DNA from: Felis catus
Lineage: Eukaryota
Assembly (NCBI RefSeq): GCF_018350175.1
Contig: NC_058383.1
Location: forward strand, 5,768,001-5,832,000
Length of the DNA stretch: 64,000 nucleotides
Reading direction: 5' to 3'
Numbering within the stretch: the stretch's first letter is position 1; every line of letters starts with the position of its first letter. Shown piece by piece: positions 62,519-64,000 of this stretch. Under the pieces are notes generated by a model, which was given only the letters and a program-made list of their open reading frames with translations, did no database searches and was not told the origin of the DNA. Made by a program: the position numbers and the translations under genes.

Positions 62519-63350
62519 TGTATCATAAAGAATCTGACTGGTCTTTGTTCTCATCCCAGGAGGGAACTTCTAAATTCTTGGGATTTTCTGAGTTGATAGG
62601 AGTGTGTGTTATTCATGATGGCCTCCTTGGATGACACCTGAGTTTATGTTAATGAAATGGCTCAGGATGGGGGCTGGCCGAGCCAGAGAGAACACCCATG
62701 TGATTAGCAGACTGGCCTTGGGCCTTGGGCCAACGATACCAGCTTGCTATGGTCCGAATGTTCGTGGCCCCCCCACTTCCTATGCTGAGATCCTAATTCT
62801 CAATGTGATGGTTTTAGGAAGTGGGGCCTTTGGGAGGTGACAGGGTCTTGAGGGTGGAGCCTCCGTGAACGTGATGGTGTCCTTATAAAAGAGACCCCAC
62901 AGAGCTCCCTCGCCCCTTTGGCCATGTGAGGACACAGTGAAAAAATGGCCATCTCTGAACCAGATGAGACAGGAATCCGGTTCACGCCAGACGCAAGGCT
63001 GGGCGAAGCTTCCTGTTGTGCCAGAAGGTGACCTGCCCAGATTCCAAGGGGAGGGGGCGCGGAAGCCGAGTATTCAAGTCCCTCCCACACCTTGCCCGAC
63101 GTGGCTCCTCATCTGACTGGTCCTGATCCGTATCCCTTATAATAACACTATAAGCAGGAGTATAGCACTTACCTGAGCTCTGTGAGTTATCCTAGCAAAT
63201 TCCTAAACCTGATGGGGGTCATGAACCCCCCCTCCAGATTTGTGGCCGGTGGGTCAGAATTGCACGTGGCCTGGGGGTCCCTGAGCCTGTGGCTGGTGAC
63301 GGACGTGGGGGCAGTCTTGCCCTGTGGACTCCGTGCTCATTCCAGGTGGT
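62519..63350 (+). mobile_element. MER21-like LTR with a nested MaLR fragment
   Basis: gataggagtgtgtgttattcat...acacctgagtttatgttaatga and ctgtgagttatcctagcaaatt. Confidence 0.7.
62745..62985 (+). mobile_element. MaLR LTR 5' part (MLT1A/MST-like) inside the MER21-like LTR
   Basis: tgctatggtccgaatgtt...gtggggcctttgggaggtga...gccatgtgaggacacag. Confidence 0.8.
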
Positions 63351-63720
63351 TCGAATTGCATCACGGTAGCTGCAGAGCCAAGAGAACAAACGCCATATCT
63401 TATTTCATCTTTTTTCAACCAAAAAATATTTTCCAAGAGCTTATTTTGTGTCAGGCATGGTGGTGGGCACACACATACCACCTCACCGTCGAATGTCATG
63501 TTCCCAAAGGAATTCGTGAAGCTTAGAATACTGCTAGTGTCAAAGGGGCGATGTTGTGAAAAACACACTGAGATCGGAATTACTATTTTTAGGAGGAGGC
63601 ACAGATTTGGAGGGCCAGATTTCCATATAAATTCATTAAACCAAGGAAGCCTAAAAGCTTCGTGACGTTAAGGGCTGGGAAGTAATTTTCAGCCTTGCCT
63701 TAAGAGGTATCCCATTCGTG

Positions 63721-63922
63721 GGGGGCCTGGGTGGCTCGGTCGGTCGGCTCTTGATTTCCACTCAGGTCATGATCTCAGGGTCGTGGGATCGAACCCCGCA
63801 TCGAGCTCTGCACTGAGTATGGAATCTGCTTGAGATTTGCTCTCTCCCTCTCTCTCTCTGTCCCTCTCCCCCATTTGCTCACTGTCTCTCTCTGAAAAAT
63901 AAATAAATAAAAATAAATAAAT
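63721..63922 (+). mobile_element. Carnivore SINE (older subtype)
   Basis: TSD AAGAGGTATCCCATTCGTG. Confidence 0.95.
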
Positions 63923-64000
63923 AAAGAGGTATCCCATTCGTGAAGAACTTAGAGCTGTTTCCCAATGGAGAACGGGAGCCTCACTCTGTCCCTAAGGTCT

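Noticed and set aside
893..63922. Recurring peptides such as AQVMIS...SVLTAQSLEPASDSVSPSL, suggesting a gene family or array
   Set aside because: They are translations of dispersed SINE copies.

Overview
Mammalian genomic DNA from a cat-family (felid) animal, judged from about 40 tRNA-derived carnivore SINEs of the SINEC_Fc type. The left 26 kb holds the 5' end of BAIAP2L1 (IRTKS) on the minus strand: a CpG-island promoter, coding exon 1 (25374-25424), a ~24.9 kb intron 1 and coding exon 2 (374-449). The gene continues off the left edge. The remaining ~38 kb is intergenic. It contains a disabled processed RPS17 pseudogene, nested L1/L2/MaLR/MLT2/MER21/hAT fossils, two strong CTCF motifs and a small orphan CpG-rich element. 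Almost all ORFs in the supplied track are SINE, LINE or GC-rich artefacts. I found no convincing new multi-gene system. The observations most worth follow-up are a GC-rich L1-ORF1/HAL1-like relic carrying a near-consensus CTCF site (~46.0-47.4 kb), a ~105 bp inverted duplication spanning a SINE junction (38.4/39.8 kb), and a triplicated E-box/GC-box promoter module. Repeat family names come from remembered consensus sequences and boundaries are approximate.
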